Shown in pieces: positions 62,412 to 64,000 of a stretch of 64,000 nt of DNA. The notes beneath the pieces are model-generated. The model worked only from the letters and a program-made list of their open reading frames with translations. It ran no database searches and was not told the DNA's origin. The stretch's first letter is position 1; every line of letters begins with the position of its first letter. The stretch comes from Azolla caroliniana. Taxonomy: Eukaryota; Plantae; Polypodiophyta. Both the position numbers and the translations under genes were made by a program. Where the stretch lies: positions 15,562,001 to 15,626,000 of the forward strand of contig JBHGNT010000002.1 of assembly GCA_043228905.1 (NCBI GenBank), in the 5' to 3' direction.

Positions 62412-64000
62412 GTAGGGGAGGGTTCAGTTTCAGATGTGATGTTTAATGGAGGAGTAACACAACCGGTTTCTATTCGGAGATCAGTTAGACAAGGATGTCT
62501 GGTCAGTCCTTTACTCTTCACTATTGTGACACATCCTATTCTTGGTAAGTTACACAATATGGCTATGGAGGAAGAATTTCTTGGCCTAAGGTTGCCATCA
62601 GGGAAGCCATGTATTGTTGAAGCTCTCGCAGATGATGATATTATGTTTTTGGCACCTAATCGGGAAAATATTAGAAAGACAAGAGCTATGTGGGAATTGT
62701 TTTCAAATGCTTCAGGGTTGAGAATTAATATGCGTAAATCTGTCCTCATTTCATTTACAAAACAAGATGTGTTAGGGTTGGGGTGGTCAGGAAGGATAGT
62801 GCATTGTGGTATGATTTGTCGTCACCTTGGATATCAAATTGGGGTGGAATTTTCTTATGTGAAACTTATGAGTGGGTATCCAAAAGGTTGGAGGATAAGT
62901 TTATGTATCGGGGGTCTCAATTTTCATCTTTTCATGTACGACTTAAGGTGGTCCAATCGATTATGGTCTCTATGGTATCTTATTTTCTTCCTTTGCTCCC
63001 ATGGTCAAAGAAAGCTCTTGAAATGTTGTCACAATCAATGTGAATGTTGTTATGGAAAAGAAAAGGGGAAAATGTCTTATCGTGGTTGGCATGGGATCGT
63101 GTTTGTACTCCGAAGTGTCTTGGTGGGGCATCAATATTGAATCTATATGAGCATATGGTGGCTCATCAATTTACTTTCATGCGATTTATGTTTGAAGGTG
63201 TACAACCTTGGACAGAAATGGTGGCAAAATTTATAGAGAAGAATGGAATTAAACTTGGAAACGTGAAGGTTGAAGCTAATTGGTGGAATGTAATTAATTC
63301 TGACAGGGATGTCAAATGTGTAGGGTCTATGATAGTTAATCATTTGTTGACATTGTGGCAAAGTATGTTGGATTTTGTGGAATGGCATCCTCCACAAGAA
63401 AGGGGATGTGTCAATTCATTACAAATGGAGGTTTTGGCGACATCAAGGTTGTTGAGGTGGGAAGGTAAACAAATTCTTAACCTTCAATTTAATCAGATGG
63501 CTAGATTGGGTTTGGTAATAGTTAAGGATGTTATGTTGTGTCACAAAGAAGATTAATGGCCCTTCAAACAATAAGATCAACATTTCGTATTCCAAAAGGT
63601 TATACCTTTATTTGGGATAAGCTTTAATAAATACTATCTTCGTATGAGCCAATTCCTAATTTAGATGGGTGATCTCAAGAGCTTGATTGGAGGTTTGTTT
63701 GAGATAAGAGATTGACTATGATCTCAACAAATGTTTCTTATCGCAAGTTGATTGACAAACATAAGTTGTTGGAAGAAAGGGCTATAAAGATATGGGGTTT
63801 TCATAAGCCCATTACTTGGTGGCTCCATGTGATCAAGGCAGGTTGGTGTTCTCGATAGATGCTACAAGCCAAGATATTTATTTGGAGAATTATGGTTGGA
63901 GCTTTACAATTGGGGGATGCCTTAAAAAAAAGAAACATTACTCTAGGATCGTGATTTGTGTTTCTTTTCTTCGGTGGAATTAGAACATAGTAGGCGTCAA

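Larger units (their letters stand above)
60629..64000 (+). mobile_element. Degenerate L1-clade LINE ORF2 (endonuclease end to zf-RVT start), related to 34587-44542
   Basis: FQSAQYKDTWSRLD.MYVMH, LDHFP, WRPISLMGG, DIEKAYD, RQGCLVSP, EALADD. Runs off the window end. Confidence 0.9.

Overview
The window is eukaryotic, almost certainly from a seed-free land plant (bryophyte-like TE repertoire, inferred). It is one 64 kb block of nested retrotransposons. I found no host protein-coding gene, rRNA, true tRNA or CRISPR array. Most insertions can be resolved by LTR pairs, PBS/PPT and target-site duplications (TSDs). Contents: (1) an old Tcn1-like chromovirus (family A, 2581-33185, minus) hosting a Gag-only Ty3/gypsy element (5771-8967), a second Tcn1-like element (family B, 9442-15072) and a Tnt1-like Copia (15854-32944), which itself hosts a tRNA-iMet chromovirus (family C, 16990-24004) and another family B copy (27363-32472); (2) an L1-type LINE (34587-44542) hosting another Copia (35317-40522); (3) an RTEX-like LINE end carrying a solo LTR; (4) two Copia fragments of a second type, one hosting a rearranged family C copy (47447-59112) whose 5' LTR holds a very young Gag-only element (55547-59050); (5) a further L1-type LINE (60629-64000). 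Most notable: a shared tRNA-derived A-box/B-box (Pol III-type) module, antisense in the LTRs of two unrelated gypsy lineages; a non-autonomous, tRNA-Trp-primed, 4-bp-TSD LTR family encoding Gag plus an acidic linker and a conserved Trp-rich motif; Tf1-type self-priming and -1 frameshift pseudoknots in the Tcn1-like elements; TG...TA LTR ends and a putative leader intron with hairpin repeats in family C.
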